Shown one piece after another: positions 37,401-49,400 of a stretch of 64,000 bases of DNA. The translations under genes and the position numbers were made by a program. The notes beneath the pieces are model-generated. The model was not told where the DNA came from. It saw only the letters and a program-made list of their open reading frames with translations, and ran no database searches. Each line of letters begins with the position of its first letter. Within the stretch, counting starts at the first letter, position 1. Source of the DNA: Heteronotia binoei. Taxonomy: Eukaryota. The stretch is taken from positions 23,994,001-24,058,000 of the forward strand of contig NC_083235.1 of the NCBI RefSeq assembly GCF_032191835.1. Direction: 5' to 3'.

Positions 37401-40400
37401 CTCTGAGGAATGATCCTGATATTCCTTGGGGGGGATCAAATACTAACTAGGGACAACCCTGCTTAGCTTCCAAGATCTGATAACATCAGGCTTGCCTGGG
37501 CCATCCAAGTCAGGGCAGAGATGAGCCGAGGTGGTTTGCCATTGCCAGCCTCTGAGCAGCGACTCTGGACTTCTCTGGTGGCCTGCCATCTGAACACTAA
37601 CTAGAGCTGGCCCTGCTTAGCTTCCAAGATCTGACTACATCGGGATAGCCTGAGCCACCCAGGTCAGAGCGGCAGAGGGGTAAACAAATAGAAGGTTGTG
37701 GACAGGGGTGGAATTCTAGCAGGAGCTTCTTTGCATATTGGGCCACACACCCTTGATGCAGCCAATCCTCCAAGAGCTTACAAAAAAGAGCTTTGCAAGC
37801 TCTTAGAGCAGGGATGTCAAACATGTGGCCCGGGGGATGAATCAGGCCCCCAGAGGGCTCCCATCTGCCCCCCAAGCAACTCACTGTCATCTGTTTCCTT
37901 CTGCATCACAGTTTGCCTTGCCAGGTTTGCTCAATAGCACAGGAGCTACAGAGTAAAGCCTCTATTTTTCTCTATTGGCTGAGGCTCCTCCCTTGGAGAG
38001 GAAGGTGGGGAGGCAGAGTTTGCTGTGCCAGGCTCTCTCAATTGCACAGCTTTAAGGGTTTTTTAAAAAATTAACTGTGTTTATCTGTGTCCTTTATAAA
38101 GTTTTTATCTCTGCTACCTAATCTTAAATAGGCACACACATACATGGCCTGGCCCAACATGGCCGGCCCAACAAGGTCTCACTAATGTCAGATCTGACCC
38201 TCATAACAAACAAGTTTGATACCCCTGTCTTGGAGGATTGGCTGCATCAGGGGTGTGTGGCCTAATATGTAAAGCAGCTCCTGCTAGAATTCCACCCCTG
38301 GTTGTGGATACCATTGATGTGGATAGACAGAGGAGATGATCACATGTAGGGCTTTTTTGGTAGAAAAAGCCCAGCAGGAACTCATTTGCATATAAGGCCA
38401 CACCCCCTGATGTCACCATTGTTTCACACAGGGCTTTTCTGGTGGGAAAAGCCTGGCAGGGACTCATTTGCATACACCCGCTGACACCAAGCCAGCTGGA
38501 ACTGTGTTCCTGTGCATTCCTGCTCAAAAAAACCCCCAGCCTTGATTACGTGCAAGGAGCAATTGAGGAGGCTAAGTTTGAGAGTGAAAGAAGAAGTATC
38601 CTGCTGATCTGTGTAACAGCCATGCTTGAGGAATCTCAATCCCTGGGTATCCTCAAAGCAGCCTAGGAAAACTGTCACTGCAGTTGCAATGGTGTTACTC
38701 ACCTGAGGCTGGCATCAGGACACCCGGCAGCCAGTTCCCTTGCCTGTTTCTCTGTTACGATGTTGGCACAGACTGAGAAGGCCGTCTGCGGAACTTTGAA
38801 CAGCTGAGAGCCCAGCAGGAAACAGACAGTGGCTTGAAATTTGGTTTGGGTCTTCAGAACTTGAGGGGGTTGTTTGTCCACCAGGAAGGCACTTAAAGGA
38901 GACACGACAAGAGGTCACAGAACCCACAATCAACAAGGATCAGCTCTTAGGCTAGATACTTAAAGCTGAAGATTGTCGAACCAGCAATTTTAATCTAACA
39001 CAGCCCTTTAAAGGAATGAGGTGTATAGTATATGGAGCAGAATCAAAATACTCCATATTCTTGGAGCAGCTGCAATTATAAAAACCGCAATAAGGTTGAG
39101 AAGGGAAATTTTTTGAACATGCTTTGTATTTAATATGCATGCACCACGTATCATACATGTATACATATATTATATATCATTTATATTCTTGAATGTCCTT
39201 GATAAATGTAAATATTTTTAAACTTTCTCTCCATTTTTTTTCAAATTCCTCAGTCCCCATTTTGTTTTTGTACGCTTATCTTTTAAAAAAACCCAAGAAA
39301 TAAAAAATTAAAAACCCAAGGATCAGCTCTCAGCTTCTTCCCAAATCAGAAAAAACACCAACCTCAAACAGGGATTAAAAACCGGAGGCCAAATCCAACT
39401 CCTTCAAGAGTTCCCACACCCTGCCCAACTGCCAGCTAGGGTTGCCAGGTCTGTGTTGGAAAATACCTGCAGACTTTGGGGGTGGATCCAGGAGGGGATG
39501 GGGTTTGGGGAGGGGAGGGGCTTCAGCATGGTCCAGTGCCACAGAGTCCACCCTTCAAAGCGGCCATTTTCTCCAGGAGAGTTGATCTCTGCCAGCTGGA
39601 GATCAGCTGTAAAAGCGGGAGATCTCCAAGCCCCATGTGGAGGCTGGCACCCTACTGCCAGCTATGAAGGGGACAAAAGGTGTGTCACAATCATAGTAGT
39701 GGGCTTGCAGATAATTATGGCTGCCAACCTCCAGATGATGTAAACACAAGATAACACCGTGTAGCAGCAACTGCACTTCGTGCTAGTGCTGAACTTCAGC
39801 TTGTATTAGTAATATCTTAACAGACCATAAACGTTAAACTGAAAGTATTTTTCACAACTTGTTCATGCAAAGTCCAAAAGCACATCTTGATAATGACATA
39901 GTGTGGTAATTAAAAGTCCTTGAATCACAATCCTCAAGGCAATCTCTCACTGGGCTGTGGGTCTGACAAAGGTATACTGTTTTCGCACACAGCTTACCTC
40001 GCAGTCACAATCCTGTTCCCTCCGCAGCGTCTGGTTGGATTTCCCACCATCTGCGCCAAAGCTACAGGAAGTGCCGCGGCTTCTGTGTAGCAAACGTAAA
40101 CCGCTAAAACCCAGTTTACGTTTGCTACGCAAAAGCCGCGGCACTTCCTGTAACTCCGGCGCAGATGGTGGGACGCTGCACCTGGCAGAGGTTGTCCTTG
40201 AAAGGGCAGCTGCTGTGAGAGCCCTCTCCAGCCCCACCCACCTCACAGAGTGCCTGTTGTGGGGGAGGAAGGTAAAGGAGATTGTGAGCTGCTCTGAGAC
40301 TCTTCAGAGCGGAGGGCAGGATATAAATCCAAGTTCCCCTTCAGACCTATGAGCCTATGATCTAAGCCAGGGGTGGCCAAACTGCAGCTCGAGAGTCACA

Positions 40401-43400
40401 TGTGGCTCTTTCACATTGTGTGGCTTTTGAAGCCCCACCCCATCGGTCAGCTTGGAGAAAGCATTTGTCTCTTTAAATCACTGCTTCAAGTCAAGCCAAT
40501 CAGCGGCTTGGAGAATGCATTTAAAGTTGTTTTCTTCCCACTCTNNNNNNNNNNNNNNNNNNNNNNNNNNNNNNNNNNNNNNNNNNNNNNNNNNNNNNNN
40601 NNNNNNNNNNNNNNNNNNNNNNNNNNNNNNNNNNNNNNNNNNNNNNNNNNNNNNNNNNNNNNNNNNNNNNNNNNNNNNNNNNNNNGCGGCTTTTAAACAT
40701 CTGACATGTATTCTATGTGGCTCTTATGTTAAGTAAGTCTGGCCACCCCTACTCTAAGAACTTTTGAATGGGGAGCTCTGGTTTACCTTTTGATGAGAGT
40801 GTTGAAAACGTTCTCCAGGCATTCCTGGAGACAAGACAGCAGATCAGGGCCCAGTTGAGCCGAGAGGGCTACCAACTGCTGGCGAAGCTTGAAACAAACA
40901 TCCATCAGGCTTTCAAACCTGTCCGGAAAGATGCTGGATCAGTTGGGTTTGCTTCTCCCCACCCCCACATCTATCAAAATTCCATGTCAAAGCCAAGTCT
41001 GCACAAGCTGCAAGGAGCACTTTAAGTAAGAGGTGTTGTGGTTATGAGGAGCAAGTACAGTAAGAGGCATGGTGACGATATTTACATTCAGATTGAGCAG
41101 TGCCATTCAGTCTTAGTTCCAGCAAAGGAGAGGGGTGACTGAGCTTCTAGCCGGATGCATCTCTCCTACGCTCCTGCTATTCCTCCAGAAGATTAACGAC
41201 TACTCCCAGATAACACAGCCAAGTTTGGAAAGAACATCAAAGTCAAGTATGGGAAGGACAAGAGCAACGAAAGATACTAAAAACCCTCCCTACAGACCTC
41301 CTAGAAAGGGTAAAACTGACTTAGAAGAATCTGAAGATTCTGACTTGGAGACTTCTCTGGTAGAGGAAATGGCGGCGGGAGGGAGTAATCCTTCCCTAAA
41401 TGAGCAGACTGAGATACTGCAGGCCCTAATGGAGATAAAGAATGAAATTAAGAAAGATATAAGGTCTATTAATGGAGAGGTTGGACAATTAAAAAAAGAA
41501 CTCGAACTTATCAAACTGTCCCAAGCAAAGCCACTTCTTTGCTTGCTAGCAAATGAGCTCAGTGTGGCATCTTCCAAGCGAAAGCCTCCCTGCCTATCTA
41601 TCTGTGGTTATCTGATATAAACAGGGATGTGTGCAAGTTGCAATTAATTTACCTCATTTACAGTCTTTCTTTTCACTGAGGATCAGGACGGGATACAATA
41701 TTTTTTTAAAACGCCATTTAAAAAAGCACGATGCATGCATTCAAACCGCCAGCGTTGCCACAGACAATTTAAATGACAATTCTACTTTCTCTGCAGGACA
41801 GCAGCAAAAGTGTGGGGACCAGCTTGCAAAGTTTTCCTTTAAAGAAGCAAGTTTCTAGTCCATATTGGCTGCAAAGCTATAAACACGCTGAGATCTCAGG
41901 AGCCAAAGTAGCGGCTAAAAGGGGTTGCCAGCAGGTGTTTGTGTTCCAGTACAGCTCTTAGCATGCCGTCAAGATGAGCAAACCCAGAATTTATTATGTA
42001 AAAAAGCCCACAGTATGAAACAAACAATGCAAATGTGCTCCGTTGCAGAATTTACAGTTTGCAGAATTCACCTCTTCTTGGCACAGAATCTGGGGGTGTG
42101 ACAAATTAAAGTAGGGATCTATGTATTTCCTGGTGCCAGCCAGGCTCCTCCAGACTGTAGGGGTGGGGAAACATGAGAGAAACTAGTCCCACAAGAATTT
42201 CATATTGGCCATTGGTATCGAAGCTGCCCATTAAAGCAATATGATCGATGCCAAAGAGAGCTGCACACAGTTCATACAATCATAGAATTATAGAGTTGGA
42301 AGGGACCTCCAAGTCACCTAGTCCATTCACTTATACCTCCCCCCTAAGTTCACAGAGTCAGGATTGCTGTCAAATGGCCACGATAGAAGTTATACTTCTG
42401 GGCTTCCTTACCATTGGTACGAATGGGCCAACATTCATTGCAGCTTGGCTTGAAAACCTCCAACAATTCCAGAACAGCAGCTCTGAAAATGAGGCTTGCG
42501 ACAATGCCCTGTAGTGATACTCACCTCTTCTGCAGCGGAGCCAAGTCCTCGTCGAAGGGAGTTCCGTTCCCGGCCAGTTGTTGCTGCCTCTTCCAGATAT
42601 CAAGCCTCTTCAGCAGCCTGGTTTTTGTAGTTTCTAGATCTTTGGCTGCTTCTGAGAACAGAGCACGAAGGGCCTGGAGAGACGAGGAAAAGAGGCAAAT
42701 TGTTTTGACAGACTGAAGAAAACGACCAGATGTACAGTGGCGAAGCTCAAGAGGTTCCCATGGTATGCACAGTACAACTCAAACCTGCAATCTGGTCCAG
42801 AAACTACAAGTGTTAACTTTCACTTGGAACACAGAGACATCACCGTCAGATTGTCTGGAGTGAGGAGACTGAAGGAGTGTGGACAAGAGTTGCCATCGAA
42901 AACTGATGTTTTGGCCACTGTGTGACACAGAGTGTTGAACTGGATGGGCCACTGACCTGATCCAACATGGTTTCTCTTATGTTTATGTTACAGACATGAT
43001 GGGCTGTCTGTAAGGCTCTACCCAGCTCCCCTAAGCACCCTTCCATGATGGCACAGCTGAAAGCATGGTCTCTGCCAGCTAAGGACTTGTACAAAATCCC
43101 CTCTTGAAAAACAGACTTGGAAAATCTTTTGTTGCAGGGGACACAGATGCTCTCTGTCTGTTCGCATCTCTGATAGAGGGAAACTGGACTTTTCCCACGA
43201 CCTCAGCCTGCCATCCATTACTTCTGCTTAAATGCAACTCTCCCTAAGCCTACTGCAATTTTTTTTTAAACACCCTCTTGGTAACAGAAATAGAGCACAG
43301 GATACACAACACTTTGCAGAAAGAACAACTGAAGCTGCCAAACTGAATCATATGAACATACATATAAACATATGAAGCTGCCTTATACTGAATCAGACCC

Positions 43401-46400
43401 TGGGTCCATCAAAGTCAATATTGTCTACTTAGACTGGCAGCGGCTCTCCAGGGTCTCAAGCTGAGGTTTTTCACGCCTATTGGCCTGGACCAGTAGTTGG
43501 AGATGCCAGGGATTGAACCTGGGACTTCTGCTTATCAAGCAGATGCTCTACCACTGAGACACCATCCCTCCTCAGTCAGATACCTAGTCCATCAAAGGCA
43601 GAGGCTCTCCAGGAACTTAGGCAGAGGTCTTTCTTAAGAACTTAAGAGAAGCCATGTTGGATAAGCCAATGGCCCATCCAGTCCAACACTCTGTGTCATA
43701 CAGGGGCCAAAACCCAGGTGTCATCAGGAGGTCCACCAGCAGAGCTGGAACTCCAGAAGCCCTCCCACTGTGGCACACTAAGCATCAAAAATACAGAACA
43801 TCACTGCCCCAAGTCTTTCGCATCACCTACAGCCAGATCCCTTCTTAATGGGAGATGCCAGGGATTGATCTGTAGGCCAAGCAGATGCTCTACCACTGAG
43901 CCACAGTCTCTCCCCACCCTATCAAAGAGGATTACTCACATTCACTTGCTGTTCCCCTTGTGTTGAGAATTGTGGATCCACTGTGTTTATCTGCAGAGAA
44001 GCTGACAATGGCAAAGCAATAGTTCATTTAAGGGATGTGCAATCCACCTTTCCATGAATAACACATGCTCCAGGCAGCTTACAAAAATTACAACATGTAG
44101 AATACTATGTAAACCTTAAAGGCTTCATGGAACCCTCAAGGCAAGACACTAAAACAAACAGAACTCAGGGATACCATAAAATCCTATTCAAAGTCCTTCT
44201 CTCTGGAACACACGAGTGTTCCAAAACCACTGGAAGATGTATAACAAGGGAACATGACAATGTTCCTGGGGAAGGGAGTTTCACAGTTTAGATACAACTG
44301 GCAAGAATGCCTGGGCTTCAGTTCCTGCAAGACAGACCTCTGAAAATGTGGATTCTTACAGCAGAGCCAGTTTGGTGTCGTGGTTAAGTGTGCAAACTCT
44401 TATCTGTGAGAACTGAGTTTGATTCCACACTCCTCCACTTGTAGCTGCTGGAATGGCCTTGAGTCAGTCATGACTCTCTGTTCCTCTCAAGAGCAGTTCT
44501 CTCAGAGCTCTCTTAGCCCCACCTACTTCACAGGATGTCTGCTGTGGGGAGGGGAAGGGAAATGAGATTGTAAACTGCTTTGAGACTCCTTCGGGTAGTG
44601 AAAAGCAGGGTATAACTGACTCTTCTCCTTCTCCTCCTCCTCCTTCTGAACCCCTTTGGATGACCTCAGAGCACTGGGGCAGGAACATACAAGTGGAGGT
44701 AATCTTTCAGACACTTTGAACCCATGACATCTGGGGCTTGAACAGTGCCCTCTTAAACAGAATTATGCCCTTCTGGGTTCCTTGAAGTCTGTGGCTTAGA
44801 AGAACATAACTCGGCTTGCTATGGCAAGAAAGATGGCTAAAGCATGTTTTAAATAAATATTTTTTAAAAAAACCAAACCACCACCACACACTGATGGCTT
44901 GTTTTTCAAAGCCGTATTCAATCAGTAAAACCAAATGCATAACACACTTCAATACCTGAAAAGATTTTCTAGTTTGCATTTGCTGCCAAGCAATCACAGC
45001 TGAAAGGTGAGCACCTCCGAACCCCCATCACTGACGGGTCCCCTTCAACACTCCATCCTTACAATCAGGGCTTTTTTTGTAGCAGGAACTCCTTTGTATA
45101 ATAGGCCACACACCCCTGATGTAGCCAATCCTCCTGGAGCTTACAGGGCTGTCAGTACAGGGTCTACTGTAAGCTCCAGGAGGATTGGCTACATCAGGGG
45201 TGTGTGGCCTGATATGCAAAGGAGTTCCAGCTACAAAAAAAAAGCCATAGTTTAGAACATCTCAAACCTTTGAAGTGCTCACCTCTTGAGCCGTTCTCCA
45301 GGTTCCCACAGAGGGCTTGGATCTCTTGCAGTTTGTACTGCAGCCGCTTCAGATCAAATCCAAACTTCAGTTCCTCCTGTTGGCGGTGGAAGCTGAGGGG
45401 CAGGCACTGAAACTATAAGATGTAGAAATAAGAGACAGCCCTCCCTACTTCTTTTTCTGTGCATGTAGAACGGGACAATTGTTTTTCGATAATACAGACC
45501 CAATCTGCAGAGATCCAGCACAGGAGCCTTCAATCTTTCCAGACCCACAAGCTGCTGAGTAGCATGCACATTACAGAAAGTCACCTGACATCAGAATCAC
45601 ATGACAAAAAGAGGGAAAGTAGAGGCCACGGGGGGGGGGGGGCATGGGGGTGAGCGCAGGAAGTTGGAGAGGCTGGGAGCTGCCCCTCTCCCTCCTGCAC
45701 AATTTAAATAATGTGGGAGAGGCATGTTGGGAGGGGCATGCAGGGAGTCCAGCAGCTGCCCCTCCTGTGCAATTTAGAGCCCACCGATCAGCTGATTAAG
45801 GAGCCCCGTGGAGCAGAGTGGTAAAACGGCAGTACTGCAATCCGAGCTCTCTGCTCACAACCTGAGTTCGATCCCGGCGGAAGCTGGGTTCAGGTAGCCG
45901 GCTCGAGGTTGACTCAGCTTTCCATCCTTCTGAGGTCGGTAGAATGAGTACCCAGCTTGCTGGGGGAAAAGGGCAGATCTGGGGAAGGCAACAGCAAACC
46001 ACCCCGTAACAAAAGTCTGCCGTAAAAACGTCGTGATGTGACGTCACCCCAGAATCGGAAACAACTGGTGCTTGCACAGGGGACTACCTTTACCTTTAAT
46101 CCACTGATTGGCGGTCCATTTAAATGGCATGGGACAGGCAGCAGCTGCTCCTAAGTGCCCCTCCAAGGAGGGGGAGAGAGAGGGGCAGGCCCTGGGATGG
46201 CGGTTGAGGGCCCCCAAAACTGCCGGGGACCAGGCTCCATGGGCCCTGGTTAGCTACAGGCCTGGTTATGACCTCAATGGTGTCAGGGTAGCAGACTGAG
46301 GGAGCCAGGGACAGCAAACACAAGCTGAGCACCAGCCGTAATGAGGAACAAGCCAAGGGCCAGCGCCATATAGAGGAATACTTTCCATCGAATAACCTCA

Positions 46401-49400
46401 CCTTCTGCTGCTGCTCTCAGCCTCTGTGCAATGAGAGACAGGTAGAATGCTCAGCTGTAAAACAAGCAACCGACATGGGGTTGCAAGAAGGACCAGCCAG
46501 ATCATCATTGTAAAGTAAACCCTGTAAGGTGCTGAATAGAGCCAAGGGTCACGTGGCACTGATGTACTGTGGGGACACAGCATGAGGAAAGTCTGGATGT
46601 GGAGAGGTTCTAGGGACATCATACACCAATGAATTGAGGAGCCATCTGCCTGCTAGAGAAGCAGGACGCATCAAGGAAACAGCAGCATCTTCTGAAGGGT
46701 TAAAATCTCTGGCGACCCTCTAGGCGTCATGAGATTGAGGGTGGTGGGACTGCATTTGTCCTCATAGTTGCCTTGTAGATATAACATTTAGGGCCCGGGG
46801 TGATGATCCAGGTCTAGAACTATAGAAGAGCTTTGGGTGGGATGAGAAACCACCCTACCTTGTTCTGAACAACTACCCGCTCCGCTTCTAGAATCTGTTT
46901 CACGGTTCTTGCCAACTGCAGTGGATCTCTCCGATAAGCATTCTGTAATCAGAAAGAACAAGAGAAATGTTATTGGCATTTCTTCCTTCAACCTGAAAAG
47001 CAGCTACTCGATAGCTGCTCTCATAGAAATTGCTCTAGGGCAGCTGGGGAGCTGCGTCTGTGAAGGGAAAGGATCTTAAGGCCATTGGGGGTGGGCCGTG
47101 CAGGCGTTCACCCGCCTGAGACTCCCGAAGCAAAGTTTATACTCTGAAGTATGAGCGCTGCACAGAAAGATCCAATCTTGGCTGTGGCAAATCAGGTCTT
47201 TCTGTGCAGAGGACAGAACTGGTATTAGTTCTTTACGCTATGCTGTGCTCATGAAACTGGCTCTGAGACATAGAGCAGTAGGATGAGGTGGGGGAATCCC
47301 AAGGTGGTTAAAATGGATTATGTCATTTCACACTACAGGTAGGTGAACAGTTCTGCGATTGCTCTCATCATGCAAAAAACCAAACCAACCAGGAATCGGC
47401 AAGGAAAAACTTGTATTGCAGAGAGCAAGATTCTAACCCTGCCCATCTCTGTGCTGTGCTAGTTTTATACTTAGATCAGGGGTGTCAAACATGCAATCAG
47501 GCCCCTGGAGGGCTCCAATCAGGCCCTCAAGCAACTCACATCTGCTTCCTTCTCTCTTGCTTCTTTCTGCATCACAGCTTGCTTTACCAGGCTTGCTCAA
47601 TCCAGCTACAGAGCAAAGCCTCTATTTTCTCCATTGGTTGACCAGCACATGAAGCAACTTATGTACAAAAGCTTGCAATGCCCAACCAATTCATGTTTTC
47701 ACCTGGGTCTTAGGCTCAAAGCACTGACCATGAGATTTCTGTAATGAATGTCAATCAATCAAAAGTAGGTTTGAAACTTAACAGATACACACCTGCACAA
47801 CACCTGAACAGCCTACACAAGATTGCTACGGCACAAACACTGTCTCCAGATTTTGATGCAATAATTCAGAGCAAGAGGTGTCAGTTATCAGAAACTGTTA
47901 AATAAACAAAGTATTGGAGAGTGCTAATCTTTTAAGTTTTTTTAAAAAAATCTTTAATTGTGTTTGTCTGTGTCCTTTATAAAGTTTCCATATCCAGAAC
48001 TGGCATTATATTTTATAACGCACATGGCCTGGCCCAACAAGGTCTCATTTATGTCAGAGCCAGCCCTCATAACAAATGAATTTGACACCCCAGACTTAGA
48101 TAGCTTTCTTATGAATGCATATCATAGCCAAATGACACAATCCATTCTAGCTCTTAAAGATTCTGTCATTTCCTTCTGCTGCATCGGGAGACCAGGTTTA
48201 AGGACTTCTCTGCCTGGAACTGCAACCACAATACAGGCCATACCTGGGGGCATGTGTGTTTATCTGGACCTCGGGGCTTCCCATGTCCCACAATAACCCC
48301 TCTGTAAGGTCTCTGGAGAAAGTCTAGATTATCCTGGGGGTTGGACTAGATGACTCTGGAGGTCCCTTCCAACTCTATGATTCTATGATTAAAGACCACT
48401 CCTAAGGGATGCCTTGTATCTAAGCAATCTGTCAGTCCTTTCAGTCCCAGAGTGGGAAAACCCAGTTCTTCAACACAAGGAAAGGGCAGGCCCACCTGCA
48501 TTGCTGAATCAACAAAGGATCCAGACCAGGCTACACCTCCATGCCTTTCCCTCAACACCATAAAGAGAGACAAGGACACCTGCGAGATGGAAGGGCATCC
48601 TGTCCTGATACAGCTAGTGCAGAGGTGGCCAAACTGCGGCTTGGGAACCACATGTGGCTCTTTTACACATACTGTGTTGCTCTTGAAGCCCCCACCACCC
48701 TGTTGGCCAGCTTGGAGAATGCATTTAAAGTTGCTTTCTTTCCACCTCTCCTTCCCCCCCACATCTATCTGCCTCCTGTCTTGCAGCTTTCAAACATCTG
48801 ACATTCATGTCTTGCGGCTCTCAAACACTGGACGTTTATTCTGTATGGCTCTTATGTTAAGCAAGTTTGGCCACCTCTGTGCTATTCACAAAAGAACATT
48901 AATGGAAACAGAGAGCTCCAGCAACAAACCCTGAAAGCACCATGCTAAGTGATAAGGCTGAAGATGCTACTGGTATCTTCTTCCAGTTCAGCACCTCAGG
49001 CCCCAGGCGTACCTCCAAGTTAGCAGTGAGCTGAAGAATTAAGCTGGGTTGGCAGTTTTTATTGGCCAACTCTTGCAGTTTCTCCATCATGGCAGAAAGA
49101 AGGCTGTCGGCCATGTAGGTGTTGAAAGTGTCTGACCCAGTGATGAATTCCCTGAGGAGAACAAAAGGAAACACATGCAAAGATTAAGATAAGAGTCACA
49201 TCTGAACCCATCCACCTCTTTTCAGGATTCTGTGACTGGCTGGTCTTGCCAGAACATACACATCACCTAATGGCCACCTATATAAAACATGTGGAGACAG
49301 GTTTTGCCACAGCAATTACAATCCATAACTATAGGAGAACCAGAACTGTCTTACGCCTATGGCTATATAACAAGGAATCTGTTAGCCAAATCTTGCGTCA

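Noticed and set aside
42844-42868. VSSLQTI after a good acceptor, resembling human exon 6 VSLHSLI
   Set aside because: In-frame TGA before any usable donor.
46402-46454. 53-nt AG/GT-bounded segment, the same size as human STAT6 exon 6
   Set aside because: It lies before exon 5 rather than after it, has a TGA in the phase-1 frame, and would frameshift if included. At most a poison or cryptic exon, with no support.
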